Part shown: piece after piece, positions 39,273 to 47,648 of the stretch
Position numbering within the stretch: position 1 is the first letter of the stretch
How the letters are laid out: every line of letters starts with the position of its first letter
Assembly: GCA_016930535.1 (NCBI GenBank)
Contig: JAFGGN010000085.1
Span: forward strand, 39,281 to 103,280
Reading direction: 5' to 3'
Length of the DNA stretch: 64,000 nucleotides
DNA from: a bacterium
GTDB taxonomy: Bacteria > Zhuqueibacterota > QNDG01 > JAFGCO01
Program-made: the position numbers and the translations under genes
Notes under the pieces: model-generated
What the model saw: only the letters and a program-made list of their open reading frames with translations
The model's database searches: none
Told to the model about the DNA's origin: nothing

Positions 39273-39540
39273 CAGCACACCTTCAACAGGTTTCAAAGCC
39301 ATGTATCCATTTAGCTTAGATTAATATACAATAATAAAAATTCATCTCATTGTCAAGATATAATTTTGTTCATTATTTTTTTTAACGTGCAACTACCATG
39401 CCCGAATATTTGTTACAAAAAAGAAATATTTTAATTGATTGTTATTTATAGGTTTGATTTTTATGAGTTTTAACCGGTCGCCTGCATTGCACCGTGGCCA
39501 TGGAGGAATTCAATACAGCCATGTGTCCGGATTCGAAAGC

Positions 39541-39556
39541 ACCGGTCATGACCGGT
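39541..39556. promoter_or_regulatory. perfect 16-bp palindrome ACCGGTCATGACCGGT in the 350-nt AT-rich divergent intergenic region
   Basis: The sequence is fully self-complementary. It lies about 270 nt upstream of the minus-strand lipoprotein operon start and about 100 nt upstream of the GWxTD gene start. It is a candidate dimeric regulator site. Confidence 0.35.
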
Positions 39557-39655
39557 TAACCCGTTTTACGAAAAACACATTGATAATAACGGGAGATTAT
39601 AGTATTTTAATCATATATGAGGGACAGGACCAAGGACGATCTGGGAAATATTCAC

Positions 39656-40915
39656 ATGAAATGCATCAGAACGGGGCTGATTTTCTGGCTGATTTTCGTA
39701 TACGCGTCCATTTCGCAATCCGTAATCAGCACACGGAACGCTCACACAGGGTATAAGAACCACAATGCGAAATTCTCGTATCAGTTCCTGATTTTTTCCA
39801 CCGCATCCCCGGACACAAACCGGCTGATGCTTTTTGTCAAACTGGCCAACCCGTCCCTTCAATTCATCAAGGCGGATTCCATTTACGAGGCCCGCTACGA
39901 ACTTTCGGCCGTCGTACTCCGCGAGAACAGGGACATTATCGATTCTCAGATTAAACGGGGGCTTTTGAAATCGAAACATTACAAAATGACACAGTTGGCC
40001 ACCCTCGTTCATTACGAGTATTTTGAATTCCTGCTTGCTCCGGACAAATACATGCTGAATATCGAATTATACGATATTGAAACACGTCAGTCTGTCCGTT
40101 CGGATGTAAACCTGCAGGTCCCTGATTTCAGCGGACAGACCATCGCCTGTACGGATATTGTCTTTTTAAAATCCCTGAACCTTGACAGCCTCGAAACGCT
40201 GGAGCCGCTGATGCCACCGGTACGTTTACCCGAAGATACAAGCTTCTGCGCAAGAATCGATCTCTTTGCCCAGGGCAGGCAGGACATCCGGATTTTTGAA
40301 ACGATTCTGAACGACCGGGGGAAAGCCGTATACCGGGACACGGTCGAAGTGAGAACCTCAGGCGGTCGTCATCCGGTCTTTTTTAAGCTGACCCAGGAAC
40401 TCCCGTTCGGGCAGTATGCACTGCAGCTCGACCTCACCGAAGGATCCATCAAAAAACAGGTGTCATCGAAATTTTACGTACAATGGGAAGGACATCCCAC
40501 TTCAATAGGCGATCTGAAACTAGCCGTTCAATCCCTGATCTATGTAATGGACAGAAAGGATTGGCGGGAACTCGAGGAGGCATCCGGCCAGGAACAGAAA
40601 GACCTGATCGAGGCTTTCTGGCAATCGCGCGATCCCGTTCCGGAAACAGCCATCAACGAGCTCGAGGAAGAATATTATCAAAGGGTCACGATCGCAAACC
40701 GGGAATTTTCCGTGCTGCAGCACAATCAAAACGGCTGGGAAACGGACAGGGGCAGAATCTATATCATCTACGGACCTCCGTCAGAGGTCAATTCCCCCCT
40801 GATTCAGTCGCAGAGCCCTGGAAGATATGAAATCTGGGATTATGGATTGCAGAGAAGATTTGTATTTTATGATAAATACGGAAACGGCAATTACAAACTG
40901 ATTTCTCAGGAGTAA
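39656..40915 (+). CDS. GWxTD domain-containing protein, secreted
   Basis: The C-terminal region contains NGWETDRGRIYIIYGPPSEV (GWxTD motif) and YEIWDY. A signal peptide runs from MKCIRTGLIFWLIFVYASISQ. The ORF track start 39617 was trimmed to the signal-peptide Met. Confidence 0.7.
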   Translation: MKCIRTGLIFWLIFVYASISQSVISTRNAHTGYKNHNAKFSYQFLIFSTASPDTNRLMLFVKLANPSLQFIKADSIYEARYELSAVVLRENRDIIDSQIKRGLLKSKHYKMTQLATLVHYEYFEFLLAPDKYMLNIELYDIETRQSVRSDVNLQVPDFSGQTIACTDIVFLKSLNLDSLETLEPLMPPVRLPEDTSFCARIDLFAQGRQDIRIFETILNDRGKAVYRDTVEVRTSGGRHPVFFKLTQELPFGQYALQLDLTEGSIKKQVSSKFYVQWEGHPTSIGDLKLAVQSLIYVMDRKDWRELEEASGQEQKDLIEAFWQSRDPVPETAINELEEEYYQRVTIANREFSVLQHNQNGWETDRGRIYIIYGPPSEVNSPLIQSQSPGRYEIWDYGLQRRFVFYDKYGNGNYKLISQE

Positions 40916-40919
40916 GCGG

Positions 40920-41213
40920 TTAAAATAACTGCCTGAAGGCATCGAGCACAAGAGGAAAACGTTTGTCAACCAGCTGATAATAGATTTGTGTGCCCTCTCT
41001 CCTGAAATTCAGGTATCCGTGATTTTTTAAATATTTCAACTGCTGTGATACATAGGATTGTTTGGCTCCCAGCAATTCCTGGATCTCACCTACCCTTTTT
41101 TCCCCCTGATTCAGGATACACAATATCTTTAACCGTGTGGTATTGGACACCACTTTGAGAAAAGGTACAATCTGGTCACACTCCTGAATCGCATCACGCA
41201 CCGCAGAATCCAT
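40920..41213 (-). CDS. ArsR/SmtB family transcriptional regulator
   Basis: 97 aa with a winged-HTH LKILCILNQGEKRVGEIQELLGAKQSYVSQQLKYLKNHGYL. Its stop is only 4 nt from the stop of the convergent GWxTD gene. Confidence 0.75.
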   Translation of the reverse strand: MDSAVRDAIQECDQIVPFLKVVSNTTRLKILCILNQGEKRVGEIQELLGAKQSYVSQQLKYLKNHGYLNFRREGTQIYYQLVDKRFPLVLDAFRQLF

Positions 41214-41330
41214 TGAGCCTCCGTGTTCAATATCAGCATCCAGTTATAAAAAGACCTGATCAATATATCATTTTACGTTTTTGAAGTCAAGTAAAAAGTA
41301 CGGTTTAAAACATCATTCCGATCCGTTCAG

Positions 41331-42092
41331 TCAGGCCGTATCCCATCCCTGATTGTCCAGCAGCTGATTCTCGGGCGTATCCATGTAATATTTTGCCGGC
41401 GAGCCCAGCACAATCTGTTTTTCCGTCACATCCCGGGTTACTACGGCACCGGCAGCAACAACGGCATCGGGACCGATGGTCCTGCCGGGGAGAATGGTGG
41501 CATTTGCACCGATGCGCCCGCCGCGCTGCAGTGTAACACCCCGGAAATGCTTGAAACGCTCCTCGGTCCGTCCGAGATAATTGTCATTGGTGGTGGTGAC
41601 CATCGGTGCCACAAAACAGAAATCCCCGATCTCCGAATAGGCGGTGATATAACAACCGGTTTCAAGTTTGCATTTCCTGCCGACCGTTGTGACATTTTCT
41701 ATGGTGACGAGTCTGCCGACAATGGTAAATTCACCGACAGTGACATTTTCACGAATCGCGGCTCCGTCCGCAACAAGTACGCTTTCACCGAGAACCGATC
41801 CGGTATAAATAACGACCTGGGCGCCGATCATGCAATTCCTGGCGATCCGGGCCGGCGGCAGCGGTTTCCGGTCCTGAAAAATGGAACGTTTTGCACGCAT
41901 GGGTTTTTTGCCGATAACCGAATGATCATCGATCCGGACGCCTTCACCGATAACCGACCCTTCATGAATCACGACATGGGATCCGATCTGACAGCCCGGG
42001 CCGATACAGACGTCTTTACCGATCACGGTAAAATACCCGATCGTTGTATCCGGACCGATTTTTGCAGTTTCATCGATCATTTGAATGGACAT
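41331..42092 (-). CDS. hexapeptide-repeat (left-handed beta-helix) acyl/acetyltransferase
   Basis: Imperfect hexapeptide [LIV]-G-x-x-x-x repeats run throughout (IGPDTTIGYFTVIGKDVCIGPGCQIGSHVVIHEGSVIGEGVRI...). The protein is 253 aa. The substrate cannot be assigned. Confidence 0.65.
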   Translation of the reverse strand: MSIQMIDETAKIGPDTTIGYFTVIGKDVCIGPGCQIGSHVVIHEGSVIGEGVRIDDHSVIGKKPMRAKRSIFQDRKPLPPARIARNCMIGAQVVIYTGSVLGESVLVADGAAIRENVTVGEFTIVGRLVTIENVTTVGRKCKLETGCYITAYSEIGDFCFVAPMVTTTNDNYLGRTEERFKHFRGVTLQRGGRIGANATILPGRTIGPDAVVAAGAVVTRDVTEKQIVLGSPAKYYMDTPENQLLDNQGWDTA

Positions 42093-42236
42093 GGATATTC
42101 CCTTTTTGAAATTGATGTAATTATCATTATCTTCAGGAACAACATATTAAATGTTTCGTAAAATGTCAAGAAGGCAAAACAGGGCAGGGAGACGATCCGT
42201 CCATTTCCTGACTGGCACATAAATACGGGGTATACG

Positions 42237-45200
42237 ATGAAATCATTCCCGATATTTCCGGTATCGGCCATGTGGCCGATAAGCCTCATTTTTTCAATCA
42301 CCCTGACGGCACAGCCCGCGCGGCGCGTGCACGATCCTGTCGTGATACAGGGAGCCTCTGTTCCCGCATTTCTGGGAAAATCCGTGGACGCCATCCGGGT
42401 TTACAGTTACAATGCCGGCGAGAACACCTGGCAGCCTGTCCTTTTTCAAATCGACGAGCGGGACGATACGGACAGTTACATCGGACAGAAAGACGGTCTG
42501 CTCAGCGATCAGGATGAAATCGTATTTCTGGCAGGCGACATGGGTCATCAGGCTCCGGATGACAACTGGCCCGGCGACATTCAGGCAAAACAGGGCAAGC
42601 GGCTTCAGCTGCGAATCAACGATCCGCTCGATCCCGGTTCACCGGGATTCGTGTATCTGTTCGATTCGCAATCCCTGGCCCGGCTCGGCACATCCCTGTT
42701 CACCGTATCTCAGGATGAGGACCGGGTCCGTTCATCGACTTATACGGTCACACATGGCGTGCACGGATTTCAAAACGGGCTTTACCTGAATACATCGGCC
42801 GGAGGAGACAGCCTCAACATCATCGAAAGACAGAAATTCAGGGTGATTGGAAAAATTGACTATATCAACGAGGAAATCGGCATCCAGGAAGAGATGAGCG
42901 GTTCGATCAAAATACTGAACGGCATGGAGTCGATCAATACAACCGTTGCTCCGAAATCGATCACGTACATAGCCGATCCAAAAATCCGCGTTCACCGTTA
43001 CCTGGATCTGGAATACCGGTTCAAGGCATCCATCAGTGTTCTCGGATTCTCCTTTAAAGTGGATAAACAGGGGACCTATCAGTTTTTAACCACCTATTAC
43101 CCCACTTACGCCGAGTGGAAATCAGGAACCCTTGAAATCACGGAAATTGACAATGTCAATATACGCGAAATCCGTCTGACCACGGATCTCAGGCCCAATG
43201 CGCTCGGTATGAATTTTTACAATCCCTACAATACGGATCCCATCCGGATCGATCTGACTCAGAACAACTATGATGATACGATCAACTGGCCGGGAGACAG
43301 CTGGCATCTGATCGTGGCCAATCCGGATGATCCCAATGCGTTTTTATCCCATGCGTCGCTGCTGACGATTACACGCATACCGACCATCCCGGACAACAGC
43401 AACGGCCATCTTTATCTGAAAGAAAGCATGACGGCCGTAAAATACGATACAGGCGACAATATGTCCTGGGGAGACTCCGGATGGCAGATGAAGGGCAACA
43501 GCCTCACGGGCATGATCAATTTCAACTCGGCCACATACTATCTTCCAGAGAACCTGACTATCGCCCAGGCGGAAACATTGAGCGCCATGCACCTGAATCC
43601 GCTGTATGCGGACATAACCGAACAGGTCATGACCTACCGTGTCACCCTGGATATACTTCCCTGGGAGGGCGGTACGGTCACCATGCTCCCCCCCATTTCA
43701 AAGCACCCTGCCAATTCGCAGATCAGTATCACGGCCAAACCGAAACCGGGGTACCGCTTCGAAGGATGGACCGGCGACATCGAATCCACGGCCAATCCGC
43801 TTCTGTTCGAGATCACGGACAATGTTCAGATCAACGCGGTCTTTGTTCCGTATATTCATCAGATAGCCGTACATTCCGAACCGCAGGGTCTGAACTTTAC
43901 GGCTGACGGGGACCTGTTTGTCACACCGGCCATATTTTCCTGGGAGGAACTCACATCCCACACGATCGCAATCGACTCCATCATTCAGATCGATGATGCC
44001 AGCAGATGGAAATTCTCGGACTGGGAGCCGCATCAGCCTGTATCATTTGATTATCAGGTGGAAGCCAGAGACACATTATTTTCCGCCCGTTTCAACACAC
44101 AATTCAGACTGCTTGCTGAAACGGAGGATCCTGTGACGGGCACCGTACAGGTCCAGCCGTCCCAGTCATGGTTCGATGAAGGATCCGTTGTGCATTGCAC
44201 CGCGGTTCCCGGCGCGGATTACAGTTTCAGCCACTGGTCCGGAGATACAACAGCAGCCGTGCCCACGCTCATTCTGACAATGGACAGACCGCAATCCGTG
44301 ACCGCCCACTTCAGCAATGCCCCCCCGGTGATATCGGATGCGGATACGGTCATTGCCGAGGATCATACCCTGAAACTGACGACCGGCGATCTTGCCCGAT
44401 GGATTCAGGACGATGCGACCACACTGGAGAACCTTGTCTTTACATTTGCAGGATCGGGCCACCTCACTGCTGATTTCGATGCGGAAAATGACACGCTGAC
44501 CATCACGCCTGAGCCCCAGTGGTCAGGTCTGGACACGGTATGGATCACGGCTGCGGATCCGCTGGGCGCCTTTTCACGTGCACCGCTGGCAGTCACCGTG
44601 ACTCAGGAACCCGATCCTCCCGGCCATTTCTCCCTGCTTTCACCCGACAACCATACCGGTATTACGGATTGGCCCGTGACGATGGAATTTCTTTGGGAAT
44701 CCGCGACCGATCCCGATCCCGGGGATACACTGACCTATATTTTTGAGCTGGATACGTCGAGTACGTTCAGGAGTATCGGTAAAATTCGCATCGATCATCT
44801 GCAATGGACACAGTATATTCTGCTGTGGCCCGGCGAGCTTGGAGATAACCGGTATTACTGGCGTGTGCTGGCACGTGACAGAACCGGTCTCGTCACCGAG
44901 TGCAACGCTGTTTTCTCACTGGAACTCAATACGGATGCGGAATCCGGAAATGACAATGTGCCCAAAGATTTTGTGCTCGAACAGAACTATCCGAATCCAT
45001 TCAACGGAACGACCATTCTGAAATACGGGCTGCCCAGAGATGAGCACGTGACGCTGATCGTCTACAACAGCCACGGTCAGCAGGTCCGGCGCTTATGGGA
45101 CGGCATGCAGAATGCCGGCTATCATCTTGTCCAGTGGAACGGCCTGGATATACAGGGGCAAGCCGTATCCAGCGGTATGTACATGATCGTGCTGCAGTAT

Positions 45201-45242
45201 GGAAATCACCGGCTGGTCAGGAAGGCCCTGCTGCTTCAGTAA
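42237..45242 (+). CDS. 1001-aa secreted protein with divergent InlB-B-repeat-like domains and a C-terminal T9SS sorting domain
   Basis: It has a signal peptide. Internal repeats match the G-x-Y-x-x-G-x-V-x-L-x-A-x-P-x-x-G-Y-x-F-x-x-W-x-G pattern (GGTVTMLPPISKHPANSQISITAKPKPGYRFEGWTGD; GTVQVQPSQSWFDEGSVVHCTAVPGADYSFSHWSGD). The C-terminus is LEQNYPNPFNGTTILKYGLP...GMYMIVLQ. Confidence 0.75.
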   Translation: MKSFPIFPVSAMWPISLIFSITLTAQPARRVHDPVVIQGASVPAFLGKSVDAIRVYSYNAGENTWQPVLFQIDERDDTDSYIGQKDGLLSDQDEIVFLAGDMGHQAPDDNWPGDIQAKQGKRLQLRINDPLDPGSPGFVYLFDSQSLARLGTSLFTVSQDEDRVRSSTYTVTHGVHGFQNGLYLNTSAGGDSLNIIERQKFRVIGKIDYINEEIGIQEEMSGSIKILNGMESINTTVAPKSITYIADPKIRVHRYLDLEYRFKASISVLGFSFKVDKQGTYQFLTTYYPTYAEWKSGTLEITEIDNVNIREIRLTTDLRPNALGMNFYNPYNTDPIRIDLTQNNYDDTINWPGDSWHLIVANPDDPNAFLSHASLLTITRIPTIPDNSNGHLYLKESMTAVKYDTGDNMSWGDSGWQMKGNSLTGMINFNSATYYLPENLTIAQAETLSAMHLNPLYADITEQVMTYRVTLDILPWEGGTVTMLPPISKHPANSQISITAKPKPGYRFEGWTGDIESTANPLLFEITDNVQINAVFVPYIHQIAVHSEPQGLNFTADGDLFVTPAIFSWEELTSHTIAIDSIIQIDDASRWKFSDWEPHQPVSFDYQVEARDTLFSARFNTQFRLLAETEDPVTGTVQVQPSQSWFDEGSVVHCTAVPGADYSFSHWSGDTTAAVPTLILTMDRPQSVTAHFSNAPPVISDADTVIAEDHTLKLTTGDLARWIQDDATTLENLVFTFAGSGHLTADFDAENDTLTITPEPQWSGLDTVWITAADPLGAFSRAPLAVTVTQEPDPPGHFSLLSPDNHTGITDWPVTMEFLWESATDPDPGDTLTYIFELDTSSTFRSIGKIRIDHLQWTQYILLWPGELGDNRYYWRVLARDRTGLVTECNAVFSLELNTDAESGNDNVPKDFVLEQNYPNPFNGTTILKYGLPRDEHVTLIVYNSHGQQVRRLWDGMQNAGYHLVQWNGLDIQGQAVSSGMYMIVLQYGNHRLVRKALLLQ

Positions 45243-45263
45243 CCACGCCCGCCCGGTAAAAAA

Positions 45264-45300
45264 TAAGGCCGGTAAAGTTCATGTCTGAACACCGGCCCTC
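45264..45300. terminator. candidate bidirectional terminator between convergent genes (GGCCGGT-17 nt loop-ACCGGCC)
   Basis: A 7-bp GC stem with a long loop. An A6 run precedes it on the plus strand, giving a U-tract for the minus transcript. A T-rich CTCGCTTTATTTCC follows it, serving the plus transcript. Confidence 0.35.
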
Positions 45301-45398
45301 GCTTTATTTCCTGCGACCGAAAAGCATGGGGATCGGTTCATGGCTGAAATCCGGTCCCGGTATCAATGAATGTCACCCGAACAGCTGAAGCGGGCTAC

Positions 45399-45785
45399 CT
45401 ATTCCGTCTGAAATTTACCCATGGCACTGATGGCACGATTGATTTTTTCCAGCAGTTCTTCCGTCGTGAACGGCTTGGCTATAAAATCCGCCGCTCCCAT
45501 TTCGCGGACAGTAGCTTCCACTTCCTTGCCCGGATAGGCCGTAATAAAAATCACGGGAATCCGTTCCGTGGTGGAATACATCTTCAAACAATCAAAAGCC
45601 TTCACCCCGCCGATTTTGGGCATCCGGATATCCATCAGTATCAGATCCGGCTGTTCTGCATAGGCCATCTTGATCGCCTGATTGCAGTCCGATACTTCGA
45701 CCGTCTCAAATCCATTCGCCCTCAACCTCGAACCGATCAGCATCAAAATATCAGCATCGTCATCGGCAATTAATATTTTTGGCAT
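45399..45785 (-). CDS. response regulator, receiver domain only
   Basis: ILIADDDADILMLI...DLILMDIRMPKIGG...VIFITAY. The start was trimmed to MPKILIA (45785). It is the last gene of a 5-gene operon. Confidence 0.8.
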   Translation of the reverse strand: MPKILIADDDADILMLIGSRLRANGFETVEVSDCNQAIKMAYAEQPDLILMDIRMPKIGGVKAFDCLKMYSTTERIPVIFITAYPGKEVEATVREMGAADFIAKPFTTEELLEKINRAISAMGKFQTE

Positions 45786-45828
45786 AACACACCTCGCAAG
45801 CATTTATGATTTGATTGACCCCTTATGG

Positions 45829-47634
45829 CTACAACAGAAAATACACCATTTTTCGAAGCAGCTCGGGCTGAACCGGTTTGTTCACGGTCATGATGGCCCG
45901 ATGGCTGATATAATCGTACAGCCGGCCGGTTTCAACCTCGTATCCGGACATGATCAGAATAGGCAGGTCCTTGGTCTGATAACTTTCCTTTAATCGACCG
46001 ATCACTTCATAGCCGCTCATCCCCGGCATTTTCATGTCGAGAATGATCAGGTCCGGAATGCGCTGCTGGCGTATATAATCGAATACGGCCTGGCCGCTGT
46101 GGCAGAGATCGATATGCTGATAGCCGAAATGTTCCAGCAGTATCTGCACCTGTTCGGTCAGCTCGACGATATCGTCCACAACCAGTATGTATTTTTCCAT
46201 GCGCTCCCGGGTTTCCGGTATCAGCTGCTCACGGCACGTTTTCCATATCAGGTCGGGAGCCTGTACATTGTCCGGATAATTCACACTGCCATATGAAAAA
46301 TCAAGTTCCGCATCCGCGACCTCGAAGTAGATTTCCTTGATCAGACTGAAAAACTGTTTTTTAAATGCGGGCTGCGTTTCCCGGAAATCTTCGGCAAACG
46401 CGATGATTTCATTCGATTCCACAAACACGGGTGCAATATGTTTTCCCAGATTTCTCAGACGGTCCTCTATTTTCTGTGTGGCTCGCTCGATCGCTTCCCT
46501 GCCGACCATGGTCTGAATCGATTCGAGATCGTTCATGATCACCCGGTACATCCAGAAACTTTCATTGGATTTGGCCAGTCTGTTCTCGATGAAATCTTCC
46601 ACGACCAGGGAAGCGCCGTAAGCCGGAAGGCGGAATGTAAACGTGCTGCCTTTTCCTTCCTCGCTGACCGCCTCGATACGTCCGTGATGCAGCTCGACGA
46701 TCTTCTTCGATATGGCCAGTCCCAGACCGGAGCCCGTTTCCCCGGGCCGCGTGCTTTTCTCGAATTCCTTGAATTTATCGAAAATCAGCGGCAGTTCTTC
46801 AGGAGTAATCCCCTCTCCGGTATCTGAAACCGAACACAGATAATCACCGTTCTCCTCCGCCGTGGCTATTGATATTTTCCCTTCCAGCGTGAACTTGGTC
46901 GCATTGCCGATCAGATTGTTCAATACCTGTATGATGCGGTCCTTATCCGCATACACGGGCAGCTCCGCCTCGGACAGGGCCTGCTCCAGTATCAGGTTCC
47001 GTTTTTCGATGACGGGTAAAAACACATCTGCAGAGGTACGGACAATATCCACCAGATTGTTTTTCCGCTTGTTCATCTGTATCTTGCCGGCTTCGATTTT
47101 TGAAATATCGAGAAGCTCATTGACGATTTTTCTCAGCCGGTCGATGTTTCTGATACAAACGGAAAGGTATTTCTGCTGGGTTTCATTGACTTCACCCAGA
47201 ATGCCTTCATGTACCTGACAGACCGATTCCCGCATGGATGTCAGGGGCGTTCTTAATTCATGGGACACATTGCTCACGAATTCATCTTTCAGCCGGTCAT
47301 AGATCACACGTTCCGTAATGTCCCGTATGGTGATGAGAAACGCATCGATATCTTCCCATCGTATGTTCACGACATGCAGCTCCCCGGTGCCGCGTTCGCC
47401 GTTTTTTCTGAAAATGTCGATTTGTATGATATTGTCAGGCTGTATGGGATAATCAAACGGGCGGTCCAGAAGTGCATCCGGTTTTTTATTCATGAAAGAT
47501 GCGGCAGCCGGATTGACGAACCGGATGGTTCTTTTGCCGTCCACGACGACGATTCCGTCCTTGCTGTTTTCGACAATTGCCTGCAGACCGAGTATATTGC
47601 TGTTTTTATTGGCCATCTTCGGTTCCCGTTTCAA
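45829..47634 (-). CDS. hybrid sensor histidine kinase (PAS, HisKA, HATPase_c, C-terminal receiver)
   Basis: The H-box is VSHELRTPLTSMRE. N/G boxes include NLIGNATKF...DTGEGI...GSGLGLAI. The C-terminal REC is ILVVDDIVELTEQ...DLIILDMKMPGMSGYE. Confidence 0.8.
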   Translation of the reverse strand: MKREPKMANKNSNILGLQAIVENSKDGIVVVDGKRTIRFVNPAAASFMNKKPDALLDRPFDYPIQPDNIIQIDIFRKNGERGTGELHVVNIRWEDIDAFLITIRDITERVIYDRLKDEFVSNVSHELRTPLTSMRESVCQVHEGILGEVNETQQKYLSVCIRNIDRLRKIVNELLDISKIEAGKIQMNKRKNNLVDIVRTSADVFLPVIEKRNLILEQALSEAELPVYADKDRIIQVLNNLIGNATKFTLEGKISIATAEENGDYLCSVSDTGEGITPEELPLIFDKFKEFEKSTRPGETGSGLGLAISKKIVELHHGRIEAVSEEGKGSTFTFRLPAYGASLVVEDFIENRLAKSNESFWMYRVIMNDLESIQTMVGREAIERATQKIEDRLRNLGKHIAPVFVESNEIIAFAEDFRETQPAFKKQFFSLIKEIYFEVADAELDFSYGSVNYPDNVQAPDLIWKTCREQLIPETRERMEKYILVVDDIVELTEQVQILLEHFGYQHIDLCHSGQAVFDYIRQQRIPDLIILDMKMPGMSGYEVIGRLKESYQTKDLPILIMSGYEVETGRLYDYISHRAIMTVNKPVQPELLRKMVYFLL

Positions 47635-47648
47635 TGAACTCAGGGACT

